Assembly: GCA_005798825.1 (NCBI GenBank)
Contig: SYIL01000018.1
Location: 43,943 to 107,942, forward strand
DNA from: Bacteroidota bacterium
GTDB taxonomy: Bacteria > Bacteroidota > Bacteroidia > NS11-12g > UBA955
DNA: 64,000 nucleotides
Direction of reading: 5' to 3'
Below are positions 11,090-20,770 of this stretch, in pieces. Every line of letters starts with the position of its first letter. The stretch's first letter is position 1. The position numbers and the translations under genes were made by a program. The notes under the pieces are model-generated. The model did not search any database and was not told where the DNA came from. It worked only from the letters and a program-made list of their open reading frames with translations.

Positions 11090-11962
11090 ATGGCAATCAA
11101 AAGACGAAAACCCAGTTTTTGGCCAAGTGTCTTATCCCTCTCATCGGTGATGTTTATGCTTGGATTATTGGCATTTTCATTGTTTGGATTTAAAGGATTA
11201 AGTGAACATTTAATGGAAAGTTCTAGTATTGACATCTATTTTACTGATGGTACTACCCAAGCACAAGTATTGCAAATTGAAAAAAACATCCTCAAAGAGC
11301 CCTGGGTAAAAAAAACACAGTTTATAAGTCCAGCAGACGGGATTAAGGAAATGCGCGAAAAATACGATCCCGAATTTCTTTCCTATGCTGAATCAATTGC
11401 ATTGCCATTGAGTTTGGAGATATATCCTAAAGCAGAATATGCAAACATCACCTTCATTGACCGCGAATCAAAAAATCTGCGGACAAAACCCCGTGTTGAA
11501 GATGTAATTTATCAACGCAATTGGGTAGAAAATATGACCACAAATGTGCAGCGATTGCAAATAATTTTTGCCATTTCCAGCATCATTTCATTGTTTATTG
11601 CAATCACCTTAATCCAATCTGCAACCCGCCTGAGTATTTTTGCCAATCGGTTTTTAATTAAAAGTATGCAGCTGGTGGGTGCTACAAATTCTTTTATCGT
11701 GTGGCCCTATATTATGAATTTCATTCGTTATTCACTTTTTGCAATTCCAATCGCCTTGGGCTTCTTATTGACTATTTTTTATGGCCTGCCCTATGTATTT
11801 CAAGAATTTGCCATTATCGCCGATTTCACCCAATATATTACCACATCTCAATTATTGCTTATTTGCGTGTCTGTGGCGTCATTTGGAGTGATTTTATCGG
11901 TAATTAGCAGTTGGTTGAGCACCCAGCATTATCTTCGCAGTAAAATTGAAAATTTATACTAA
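11090..11962 (+). CDS. ftsX: Cell division protein FtsX-like permease
   Basis: 290 aa. It has an N-terminal TM, a periplasmic domain, and then three TM helices of FtsX-type topology. It lies in the conserved Bacteroidota ftsX-DUF3098-uppP gene order. Confidence 0.7.
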   Translation: MAIKRRKPSFWPSVLSLSSVMFMLGLLAFSLFGFKGLSEHLMESSSIDIYFTDGTTQAQVLQIEKNILKEPWVKKTQFISPADGIKEMREKYDPEFLSYAESIALPLSLEIYPKAEYANITFIDRESKNLRTKPRVEDVIYQRNWVENMTTNVQRLQIIFAISSIISLFIAITLIQSATRLSIFANRFLIKSMQLVGATNSFIVWPYIMNFIRYSLFAIPIALGFLLTIFYGLPYVFQEFAIIADFTQYITTSQLLLICVSVASFGVILSVISSWLSTQHYLRSKIENLY

Positions 11963-11966
11963 TCGT

Positions 11967-12248
11967 ATGGCATTAAATCCACAAAAAATAGCGGCAAAAC
12001 ATCATAATCCCATCAGGAACGTTCCGACGAATCCAAAAAGCTCGAAGTCAACACAAGAAATGTTATTTTCCTCAACCAATTACCTTTTGCTGGGTCTATC
12101 CGTTTTGATTCTGGTGATTGGATTCTATATTATGTCGGGGTCAGAAGACATTGACAGCTTCGAAAAACTGACAGTGGCTCCCATTGTGGTAATATTTGGT
12201 TTTATTGTGGGAATTTTTGCTATATTTTTCCGTAGAAAAACTGAGTAA
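11967..12248 (+). CDS. DUF3098 family small membrane protein
   Basis: The track ORF runs 11946..12248. The in-frame ATG at 11967 (MALNPQK…) leaves a 4-nt gap after ftsX. It has two TM helices (LLLGLSVLILVIGFYIM / VAPIVVIFGFIVGIFAIFF). Confidence 0.6.
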   Translation: MALNPQKIAAKHHNPIRNVPTNPKSSKSTQEMLFSSTNYLLLGLSVLILVIGFYIMSGSEDIDSFEKLTVAPIVVIFGFIVGIFAIFFRRKTE

Positions 12249-12250
12249 TT

Positions 12251-13021
12251 ATGACTTGGATAGACAACCTCATTCTCAGTTTGGTCGAGGGGTTAACTGA
12301 ATTTCTGCCTGTGAGCAGTACTGGTCACCTTATAATTGCGCGTCATTTTTTGGGAATGACGGCTTCAGAAAATGAAACATTTTTGATTGCAATTCAGTTT
12401 GGTGCCATTCTCAGTATTCTGGTATTGTATTGGAAAAAATTCTTTTCCATAGAGGCGAAACTATTGTATCCCATGCTTATCATTGGTTTTATTCCTGCTG
12501 GCATCATTGGTTTTTTGTTTAACGATATCTTAGATTTAATGCTTAAAGCACCTTGGATAACTGGGTTTACCCTCATTGTTGGTGGTGTTGTATTGATTTA
12601 TTTAGAACGAATTTTTCCTCCCGGGAACAATAAAATTGCTTCACTGAAACCCATAGATTCCCTAAAAATTGGACTCTTTCAATGCATTGCAATGATTCCG
12701 GGTGTGAGTCGTTCGGCCGCCACAATCGCCGGAGGATTGCATGCTAAGTTATCTCGATCAGAAGCTACTGAATTTTCCTTTTTGCTCGCTTTACCAACAT
12801 TGGCTGCAGCCGGCGGTTATAAAATGCTAACCCATTGGGAAGCGCTCAGCCGATCGGACATAAGTGATATTGCACTGGGAAATGTATTGAGTTTTATTAC
12901 AGCATTCATTGCCGTTCGCTTCTTTATCAATTTTATCAAAGAAAAAGGTTTTTCATTTTTTGGATACTACCGCATAGTTCTGGGAAGCCTATTTCTTGGC
13001 TATTGGTTTTTACTACAATAA
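12251..13021 (+). CDS. uppP: Undecaprenyl-diphosphate phosphatase UppP (BacA)
   Basis: 256 aa. UppP motifs are present: …EFLPVSSTGHLII… and …PGVSRSAATIAGG…. Confidence 0.9.
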   Translation: MTWIDNLILSLVEGLTEFLPVSSTGHLIIARHFLGMTASENETFLIAIQFGAILSILVLYWKKFFSIEAKLLYPMLIIGFIPAGIIGFLFNDILDLMLKAPWITGFTLIVGGVVLIYLERIFPPGNNKIASLKPIDSLKIGLFQCIAMIPGVSRSAATIAGGLHAKLSRSEATEFSFLLALPTLAAAGGYKMLTHWEALSRSDISDIALGNVLSFITAFIAVRFFINFIKEKGFSFFGYYRIVLGSLFLGYWFLLQ

Positions 13022-13023
13022 CC

Positions 13024-13776
13024 ATGGCACAAGATTCTGAATGTTCTTTGGTTTGTTTTGTCGCGATTTTCCAACGCAAGGATCTTTTTACCCGATCAAG
13101 TTCATTATTTTGGAAGTTTAAGGGGTTCATAGCCACAATCATAATAGGATTGTTAATGGGCATTCCAGGAGCCTACGCACAGGCTATTCAACTGTGCAGG
13201 CTAAAATACAATGGGGGTGGCGATTGGTATAGCAGCCGAACAGCGCTCAATAATTTATCGGTCTACGCAAACAATCAAATTCAAACACAGTTATTGCCCA
13301 CCGAGGCGATAGCCGAGGTGGGTTCAGTCGATATTTTTCAATACCCTTTTTGTTTCCTTACGGGTCATGGAAATGTTGTTTTCTCTGACAATGAAGCGCA
13401 AAATTTGCGTACCTACCTCATTAGTGGTGGATTTTTACACATTTGCGATAATTTTGGAATGGACTTCTTCATTCGAAGAGAGATGAAAAAAGTATTCCCA
13501 GAACTCAGTTTCGAATTGGTCCCATTTTCACACCTTGTCTATAAAAAACCCTATAATTTTCCCAATGGACTGCGTAAAATTCATGAGCACAGTGGAAAAC
13601 CACCAATGGGTTATGGACTTTTTTGGGAAGGAAGACTTCTGTGTTTCTATGACTACGAGTGTGACCTAGGCAATGGCTGGGAGGATGCTGAGGTGTATAA
13701 CGACACGAAAGAAATACGTACAATAGCACTAAAAATGGGATGCAATCTTATTTACCAGGCCCTCATGTCAAAATAA
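13024..13776 (+). CDS. DUF4159 domain-containing protein
   Basis: The track ORF starts with TTG at 13003 and the first ATG is at 13024. The conserved DUF4159 core is present: CRLKYNGGGDWYSS…FLTGHGNVVFSDNEAQNLRTYLISGGFLHI…KKVFPELSF…PNGLRKIHEH…FYDYECDLGNGWED. The exact start is uncertain. A hydrophobic IATIIIGLLMGIPGAYAQA segment suggests a signal peptide that is unusually far from the first ATG. Confidence 0.7.
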   Translation: MAQDSECSLVCFVAIFQRKDLFTRSSSLFWKFKGFIATIIIGLLMGIPGAYAQAIQLCRLKYNGGGDWYSSRTALNNLSVYANNQIQTQLLPTEAIAEVGSVDIFQYPFCFLTGHGNVVFSDNEAQNLRTYLISGGFLHICDNFGMDFFIRREMKKVFPELSFELVPFSHLVYKKPYNFPNGLRKIHEHSGKPPMGYGLFWEGRLLCFYDYECDLGNGWEDAEVYNDTKEIRTIALKMGCNLIYQALMSK

Positions 13777-13877
13777 AGGTCCATAACACTATCCCATTCA
13801 ACGTTTTCAAACGATTTCTAAACAGGCAGTTTTGGTATGCTTTTATGCTAATCCTGCTTAATTTCAAATCGTCCACA

Positions 13878-13912
13878 AAAAAGTCCCTTAAGAAATCTTA
13901 AGGGACTTTTTT
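13878..13912. terminator. Bidirectional rho-independent terminator between the convergent DUF4159 and PorP genes
   Basis: The sequence is 'aaaagtcccttaag aaatc cttaagggactttttttat'. It forms a perfect 12-13 bp GC-containing stem flanked by an A-run on one side and a T-run on the other. It lies between the stops at 13776 (+) and 14001 (-). Coordinates are ±2. Confidence 0.6.
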
Positions 13913-14000
13913 TATTTAATACTTTCGCAGATGATTGCATTCACGCTGTTCTCAAAAATCCCGGGTATTCCAATACATAAGCGCTGAAGTAAGGACCGGC

Positions 14001-15329
14001 TTATTTAACCTCTCTTATCCAAACCTGCGGTACAACAGACTCAAAATAGTAAATGCCTTTATTGGCATCTTTTTCATTTTCAAAATCTTTCATAAAAACA
14101 TAGAAACTCTTGTTGGTAGGATCAAATAGTTTATAGGAAACAAGACCCTTTAGGTACAAGTCTTTGATTTGCTTATTGGCCTTTGACTCTGCGCTGTGGA
14201 GCCCCACAACAAGATAGTATCCTGGAAGGGGTTTTACTTTTTCAAGGGCGGGAAGATGAATTCCACTGGTATCCTTTCCGAATCCAAATGCCCGTAAGTC
14301 TTCGATATTGGTAACAACAACTTCTTGTTTTTGATTTTGTGCATTCAGGCCAACTTGGTCTTTAGAATCTGTATTGTCTTGATTGCCATTACTTTCCAAA
14401 TTTGCATCGTCTTCTGCACTGCGTTTTCCTCCGCCCAAAGCAGAGAACCCAATAAAAGTGTGGAACTCGTGAGAGGGTCCCAAGATGTTGCGCTGGCCCC
14501 CACTGGGTGTATTGTAAGAATAGGAAACCTTTATATCTGATTGGGGGGAAAAACCCAAATTCGCCCCTATTTGTCCCAAATCATTGCCACCAATTCCAAA
14601 CCAAAATTTTTCTTGAAACCAAGCAGTAGCGTTGTACTGTATACGATAATAATCAAAATTGTAAGCTGACACATACAAAGCAGGTTTTAAAACAATGTCC
14701 TTGCCCATATCAATTGTGTAACCAAACAATAAACTAGCCTGGGATTGCAGCGCGTATTTTGCAGAATAGCTATAATAAGTATACTCAAAACGGGGCTTTG
14801 AAAGGCGAGAAATTGCGATGCCACCAAACCATTTTTCTCCATTTACAAATGCGGATGCACGCAAATCCGCGCGGGTTACTGGAGGTGTCAAGAGCAAAGA
14901 CTTAACAATGGGGTCATTGCCGCTGATATAGACCGCTTTGCTCATATCGAAATTTTGAGAAAGCAGCCCAACACTCATTCCCAAGTTTAAATTGGTACTG
15001 CCTGCAATGGGAAAGGAATACGCATAGGTTGCATAGGTATTGTGCATTTCAGAGAACCCAACCCGTTCACGCATGTAGTACAATCCATATCCAGTATTTT
15101 TTGAAGGAACTGGCATATTCACATTGAATACCAAAGATTGGGGTCCACCCGGAACATCAGCAAACATTCTGTTATACAGCAAAGTGGTATGCCCTTGCTT
15201 ATGGGTATTCATTGCCGCAGGATTGATAAGCGAATAATCCATATAAAATTGATCGATTTTGGCGCCCATTTGTGCACCAGCACTACCAATGAAAAAAGCG
15301 ACGGAAGATAAGATTACAATTTTTTTCAT
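14001..15329 (-). CDS. T9SS membrane protein PorP/SprF family with a C-terminal SPOR-like extension
   Basis: 442 aa. Residues 1 to about 300 resemble PorP/SprF (signal peptide, …QFYMDYSLINPAAMNT…, beta-barrel-like). The C-terminal 140 aa (…GYYLVVGLHSAESKANKQIKDLYLKGLVSYKLF…YVFMKDFENEKDANKG) resemble a SPOR/peptidoglycan-binding fold. The gene sits 8 nt downstream of a type-B CTD cargo gene. Confidence 0.75.
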   Translation of the reverse strand: MKKIVILSSVAFFIGSAGAQMGAKIDQFYMDYSLINPAAMNTHKQGHTTLLYNRMFADVPGGPQSLVFNVNMPVPSKNTGYGLYYMRERVGFSEMHNTYATYAYSFPIAGSTNLNLGMSVGLLSQNFDMSKAVYISGNDPIVKSLLLTPPVTRADLRASAFVNGEKWFGGIAISRLSKPRFEYTYYSYSAKYALQSQASLLFGYTIDMGKDIVLKPALYVSAYNFDYYRIQYNATAWFQEKFWFGIGGNDLGQIGANLGFSPQSDIKVSYSYNTPSGGQRNILGPSHEFHTFIGFSALGGGKRSAEDDANLESNGNQDNTDSKDQVGLNAQNQKQEVVVTNIEDLRAFGFGKDTSGIHLPALEKVKPLPGYYLVVGLHSAESKANKQIKDLYLKGLVSYKLFDPTNKSFYVFMKDFENEKDANKGIYYFESVVPQVWIREVK

Positions 15330-15337
15330 GGTTTATC

Positions 15338-18300
15338 TTAGCGTATTACTTGAATATAACCTCTAATTTCTTGACCAGTATAACGGTTTTTCATATAATA
15401 AAAATAAATTCCTGAGGGCAATTCGTTTCCATCTGAGTTGAAGGCCTTCCAATCATTTTTATAGTCATTGGTCTGGAAGACCGGTTTGCCTTGGCGATCG
15501 CTTATTTTAATATCAAACAGAAAAATATCGGCCAATTCGCTTAGATCCCAAAAATCATTCTCATTGTCTGAATTCGGTGTTATAATATTCGGGATACGCA
15601 GCAATGGCGGATCTATCACGGTCACTAAGACAGAATCGTTGTCTGCACAGCCATTCGAATCGACACCAGAAACATAATAAGTTGTTTTTTTCAACGGCCT
15701 TGCTGTAACCAAGGACCCTGAATCCATATTCAAAGTTCCATCGTTGGGTCTCCACTTGAATGTTAAGGCTCCTTTGGCTGTCAGTTGTACCTTTTTACCC
15801 CTAAAAATTGTTGTATCAGAAAAAACCATAATATTGGCTTGGGGGAAAGCCCTTACCTGAACAGAATCTATACTTGAACAAATACCCGAACTAGCCTTTA
15901 CTTTGTACCACCCCTTGCCATAAAATTTGTGCGAAGGATTCGTGCTGTTGTCTACCAACCATTTTATTGTGTCCCCACCGCTGGCAATAATTTCGATAGA
16001 ATCCCCTTTACACAGGGGCATACTGCCCAAATACGAGAAGTTCAAAATTGGGCGTTGAACCAAATTGAGTGTCTGTGTATTTGTGTCGCTACAACCCAAG
16101 TTGTTGGTTACGATATACGATACGACTTGTGGTCCGCCGCTTGAATAATATTGTTTGAATGGCGCTTTCCTGGTAAGTGTTGCAAAACCAAAATCCCATT
16201 TACGGCCAGTTATAGGGCGCGAAGATTTTGTAGCAGTATCATAAAAAGTAATAGAATCAGGAACACAAATGCCACTGTGGTAAAATTTGGCACTGGGGCT
16301 AGGGTTGACCAAATATGTGTTTATGGCACTGTCGGCGCACCCAAAAACACTCCATCCATAAAGTTTCACCCGATACTTCCCCGAATCCAAAAAACTGTAT
16401 TTGGTTGAAGTGGCAGGCGACTCTGAATTCCCATTTCCCCAATACCACGCCGAATTTGCAATGGTGTCCAGTGGATCAATGGCAATAGAAAAATCAAATG
16501 CAAAACTATTGTTTCTAAGACATTGAATCGCATCATTGGGGCGAATATTGGTATCCAGACCAAATCGAACTATTGGCAAATAATGGGCCATTACATTCCC
16601 CCTGGCTGAGTCTATACAACCATGACTGGTCTTGGCCAATAGCAAGACAGAATGTGCTCCCGGTGATGCAAATTTAATTTTTTCAATTTTATTGAAATAC
16701 TGCAGGGTTGAATCAAACAACCAGTTATACGATGTCGTAAGCTCAAGGGATGCCGGTAATTGCGCGATCCGAGAAATTTCGGTTGAATCGCCGAAACACT
16801 TTTCCTTTACGGTATACTTGGCGACAGGATTGGGCTGAATAAAAACGGTCATGGTATCTGTTCCTACACAACCTGCAGTGGTAAGAACCGTCAAACGCGA
16901 AACAAACGAACCCGCTTTGGCATATGTATGCGCAGCCGTAAACATAGTTGTATCTAAACCCCCATCACCAAATAACCATGTGTAGGTGGAAGCAAAATCG
17001 GCAGGGTCTGTTTTAGAATAATCTGTAAATATGGTTTGAGCACCAAGACAAGTCTTGGATTGGGCATAATCAATTACAGGAAGAGAATAGACAACAACAG
17101 GCTTGGTTAAAGAATCACGGCAAGCGCCTTTGGTCCCTATGTAATTAGAGTAGGATATTAATTTGACATTATATACACCAGCAGCAGCATATTTTCGGTT
17201 AAATGTTTTGGATAAAGATGAAAAGCCATCACCCAAATTCCATTTTCTACTGGCGATTCCATCGGGAAGGGCAACCGAGCTCTGGTCATCAAAAACACTT
17301 GCCTGACCCAAACAAACATTTTTGACATCAAATGTGGGTGTGGGCTTATCGTGGACCAAATAATCAAACGTGTCGCGGGAAATGCAATTATTGGAACTAG
17401 TCACCCTTAATATGATCTTAAATACACCTGCATTTGAATACGTATACACTACAGACTTTCCACTTTTTGGAGATGGAGATGACAAATCACCCAAACTCCA
17501 GCTCCATTGATTGATTGTTTCTGGGGCAGTAATTTGGGAAAAATCGGTAAAAGTCGTTGATTCTCCAATACACACATTTGTGGCTTTCCAAAAAATATCC
17601 GGAGATGCATAAATCAGTACGATTTGTACCCAAGAATCGATGTAATTGTCTGCATTTAAAATTTCTAATGCAATGCGGTATGAACCAGGTCCAGAAAATT
17701 TATGCACAGGATTGGCGCTACTAGAGGTATTGTTCGCCGAAATTGGATCGCCAAAATTCCACTTATAATATAGAATTCCACTGTAACTTTTTGACAGATT
17801 GACGAATTTTAGGGTGTCGTTTGAACATCTGCCCGAATATTTAAAGGCCGCAAAGGCGTCCTTACTTCCCAAGACATTGTACCCAGATTTTCTTTCCGTA
17901 GTAGTTAATGTAGTTTTGTTTGCGAGGGTAAAAATACCCAGTACATTGAACCCAACAGTGGTCGCAATCTGACCTTTGCGAACTGCACTGCCTAAACCCC
18001 CAAAATCGGTCCATGAATTCGTTCCAGAGTACCCAATTACCCTTAAATTCAGATTGTCATATACTCCATCATCTGCAACAATTGTATCGTATCGGAGAGT
18101 GACGGTAAATGCAGAACTATTGCTCGCATTGGCAGGTAATGTACCCCCTTGAAAATATGACATGTCAGAATAATTTCTGATTCCCGTGGGCAAAGAACCC
18201 GAATTTGAGGCCGCCCCAGAATACATTTCAAACCAATAATACGTGAGGGTATTGTTTGATTTGGTAAAGGAAATTTTTACAGCACGGAAGTCACTTCCCT

Positions 18301-18826
18301 TTCCAATAGGAAAATCTATTGTTGCAGAACCACTCGCAAGTCCGAAATATATTCTACCATCCACATAACTTCCCTTATTTCCTGCAGTCATAATACACCC
18401 AGCCAAAACCCGAAATGCATTCAATGAAGATCCAATTTTGACAAGTCCATTGTTCAGAACCAAAGAATCTTTGACATTGAATGACTTTTCATTGGAATTC
18501 CCATCTATTTTGAGGGTAATGCCCGCAGAACTCATATTGATTACATTTACCCGAACACTATCGACAAAAAATTGTAAACTCTTGGTTAGACGAACAGTTT
18601 CTGCATAATATCCTGTACTAATATACACTATATCATTGGCGCTAGCCAGATTGGTAGCGGCCAATATGGTGAGTTTCGCTGTAGCAGCAGTTGTACCGGC
18701 ATTGGCATCATCTCCCGATTTGGATACATAATAGCTCGTAGCAGATGCAAAGGGATATACCACAAACAAGAGTAGAAATAAGGCGATGCTGAATTTAAAA
18801 CCAATTGGGTTTACGGTAGATTTCAT
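15338..18826 (-). CDS. Large secreted adhesin-like protein (PKD/Ig-like repeats) with T9SS type-B C-terminal domain; SprB-like cargo
   Basis: 1162 aa. It has a signal peptide (MKSTVNPIGFKFSIALFLLLFVVYPFASA) and repeated W…G(D/N)G…S motifs. The C-terminus …IPNIITPNSDNENDFWDL…DRQGKPVFQTNDYKNDWKAFNSDGNELPSGIYFYY… is a type-B CTD. Confidence 0.75.
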   Translation of the reverse strand: MKSTVNPIGFKFSIALFLLLFVVYPFASATSYYVSKSGDDANAGTTAATAKLTILAATNLASANDIVYISTGYYAETVRLTKSLQFFVDSVRVNVINMSSAGITLKIDGNSNEKSFNVKDSLVLNNGLVKIGSSLNAFRVLAGCIMTAGNKGSYVDGRIYFGLASGSATIDFPIGKGSDFRAVKISFTKSNNTLTYYWFEMYSGAASNSGSLPTGIRNYSDMSYFQGGTLPANASNSSAFTVTLRYDTIVADDGVYDNLNLRVIGYSGTNSWTDFGGLGSAVRKGQIATTVGFNVLGIFTLANKTTLTTTERKSGYNVLGSKDAFAAFKYSGRCSNDTLKFVNLSKSYSGILYYKWNFGDPISANNTSSSANPVHKFSGPGSYRIALEILNADNYIDSWVQIVLIYASPDIFWKATNVCIGESTTFTDFSQITAPETINQWSWSLGDLSSPSPKSGKSVVYTYSNAGVFKIILRVTSSNNCISRDTFDYLVHDKPTPTFDVKNVCLGQASVFDDQSSVALPDGIASRKWNLGDGFSSLSKTFNRKYAAAGVYNVKLISYSNYIGTKGACRDSLTKPVVVYSLPVIDYAQSKTCLGAQTIFTDYSKTDPADFASTYTWLFGDGGLDTTMFTAAHTYAKAGSFVSRLTVLTTAGCVGTDTMTVFIQPNPVAKYTVKEKCFGDSTEISRIAQLPASLELTTSYNWLFDSTLQYFNKIEKIKFASPGAHSVLLLAKTSHGCIDSARGNVMAHYLPIVRFGLDTNIRPNDAIQCLRNNSFAFDFSIAIDPLDTIANSAWYWGNGNSESPATSTKYSFLDSGKYRVKLYGWSVFGCADSAINTYLVNPSPSAKFYHSGICVPDSITFYDTATKSSRPITGRKWDFGFATLTRKAPFKQYYSSGGPQVVSYIVTNNLGCSDTNTQTLNLVQRPILNFSYLGSMPLCKGDSIEIIASGGDTIKWLVDNSTNPSHKFYGKGWYKVKASSGICSSIDSVQVRAFPQANIMVFSDTTIFRGKKVQLTAKGALTFKWRPNDGTLNMDSGSLVTARPLKKTTYYVSGVDSNGCADNDSVLVTVIDPPLLRIPNIITPNSDNENDFWDLSELADIFLFDIKISDRQGKPVFQTNDYKNDWKAFNSDGNELPSGIYFYYMKNRYTGQEIRGYIQVIR

Positions 18827-18944
18827 TTGGCTAAAGAATGTTGACTTTTAAATTAGACGCCATATTAACATTTTACGTTGGCTAGAATTACAGTTGTGAA
18901 GATATTCTGACAAAAAAATAACAAAGCCTACGCATTTATTTACA

Positions 18945-19322
18945 TTAAAATGGGAGCTCACTGTCGTCAAAAGGTCCATCTTCAGCCACTTCCAAAGTGT
19001 TGGGAGGCATTGTGGCGGCTGGTGCTGAAGATCCTTGATCTACAGCAGAAGAACTAGATTGTTTGCTAATATTCCATGCGCGAATGTCCGTATACCAGCG
19101 ACCCAGATATTCACGACTTTCGATGTCTACAGAAATTGAAACTTCATCGCCATCCTGCACATTAAACTTCGCAATTTTATCGCCCCAAAGATTAAAACAT
19201 ACTTTTTTGGGATACTGACCCGGAACTTCAATGATGTATTCTTGTTTTTCCCAAGTGGACCCATTTTTGGCATTCCCTGTTTGTTTGGGAAGCGATTGAA
19301 TAATTTTTCCAGTAATTTCCAT
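18945..19322 (-). CDS. DUF3127 domain-containing protein
   Basis: 125 aa. MEITGKIIQSLPKQTGNAKNGSTWEKQEYIIEV…FNLWGDKIAKFNVQDGDEVSISVDIESREYLGRWYTDIRAWNI matches the DUF3127 family common in Bacteroidota. Confidence 0.6.
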   Translation of the reverse strand: MEITGKIIQSLPKQTGNAKNGSTWEKQEYIIEVPGQYPKKVCFNLWGDKIAKFNVQDGDEVSISVDIESREYLGRWYTDIRAWNISKQSSSSAVDQGSSAPAATMPPNTLEVAEDGPFDDSELPF

Positions 19323-19469
19323 GGTGCAAAAGTATTTTACAAAAATTGAATTTAATCCACATTAAAGAGCTTCTTGTCCACTTGAAGGCGCGTTGTTGTT
19401 TTTTGATACCCACTTCAAGCACCCCACAATAAAAATATTTGATTGCCCTTAAACATTTACAGTGGAACA

Positions 19470-20738
19470 TCAATTCGCGCGCATGGCTTCTACCGGATTT
19501 AATCGGGCTGCTTTGGTGGCAGGAATAAATCCTGCAACGATTCCAACTAGTGCAGAAACCCACAATCCAAGTTGTGTATCACCTGCAGACAAAATCAATT
19601 CAAATCCATCGCCCATAGTCATGTGCAACAAAAAATTCAATCCTTGGAAAGTAATCCACACAAATACAAGACCGATGAAGCCACCAATCACTGAAAGCCA
19701 TACTGCCTCGAGCAAGAATTGAAATTGAATAAATATATGGGGTGCCCCCAAGGCTTTTTGAATGCCAATTTCTTTGGTGCGCTCTTTTACACTCACGAAC
19801 ATAATATTGGCCACGCCAAAACATCCCACAAGCATTGCAAATCCACCGATAACAATGCCAATATTTTGAATCTGTCCAAATAGCTCAGAAACTACTTGCG
19901 TGATCATCGTTATTTTGTTTACAGAAAAACTCGATTCTTTTCCTGGTTTAATCTTACGATATTGACGCATCAGTTGACTAACTTCCATCGACAAGTCATC
20001 AAGTTCAATTCCGGGCGCTGCTTCAAGAACCACTTGGGCATCATCACTTTCACGAAAAGAATACATCCCCAATCCAAATTTTACAGGAACAATAATTTGC
20101 TCATCTATCGAATTATCGATAATACTCTGGCCTTCACTAGGACATACTCCTACCACCCTACAAACCCTATTTCCTATACGGATATTCTCGCCTACACTGT
20201 TCCCCAATCCAAACAAATTGCTTGCAATTGTATGACCCAATATTACCACTGGCTGACCCCCTTTACTTTCCTCTTGGGTAAACAATCGTCCAGATTCAAC
20301 ACCAATACTCTGAATTGCAAGATACTGATGCGAAACACAAACCACATTCGCTCCCTCAAGGCTAATACCCTTTGCACTAACCTTGTCGTTTCGGGTAAAT
20401 GTATATGCCACCAAAGAAACTTTGGATATCGGTAATTTATCTTCAAGAAAAGCCGCTTCATCGGGAGAAGTAACGGGCCTACTCAAATATTTCCACCAAG
20501 GATAATTTCCAGTAAATTCATCCCAAGGCCATTTTTGAACGAACAATACATTGGTACCATATTTTGTAAATTGTTTATTGATATTCAATTCCAAAGAATG
20601 AACCAGTGCATAAACAGCGATAATACAGTAAATACCGATACTGATTCCAAGTACAGACAAAATACTTCGCAGTTTATTTTGCTTAATTGCGGCAATTGAA
20701 ACACGAAGTGTTTCTGCTATGAATATACCGACTTTCAT
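19470..20738 (-). CDS. ABC transporter permease, MacB/FtsX-like (MacB-type periplasmic domain plus four TM helices)
   Basis: 422 aa. It has an N-terminal TM, a roughly 220-aa periplasmic domain, and a C-terminal FtsX-like 3-TM module (…VKERTKEIGIQKALGA…). No cognate ATPase gene is adjacent. Confidence 0.75.
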   Translation of the reverse strand: MKVGIFIAETLRVSIAAIKQNKLRSILSVLGISIGIYCIIAVYALVHSLELNINKQFTKYGTNVLFVQKWPWDEFTGNYPWWKYLSRPVTSPDEAAFLEDKLPISKVSLVAYTFTRNDKVSAKGISLEGANVVCVSHQYLAIQSIGVESGRLFTQEESKGGQPVVILGHTIASNLFGLGNSVGENIRIGNRVCRVVGVCPSEGQSIIDNSIDEQIIVPVKFGLGMYSFRESDDAQVVLEAAPGIELDDLSMEVSQLMRQYRKIKPGKESSFSVNKITMITQVVSELFGQIQNIGIVIGGFAMLVGCFGVANIMFVSVKERTKEIGIQKALGAPHIFIQFQFLLEAVWLSVIGGFIGLVFVWITFQGLNFLLHMTMGDGFELILSAGDTQLGLWVSALVGIVAGFIPATKAARLNPVEAMRAN

Positions 20739-20770
20739 AAAAATTAATCAAAATTAGGCCTATCCTGACA

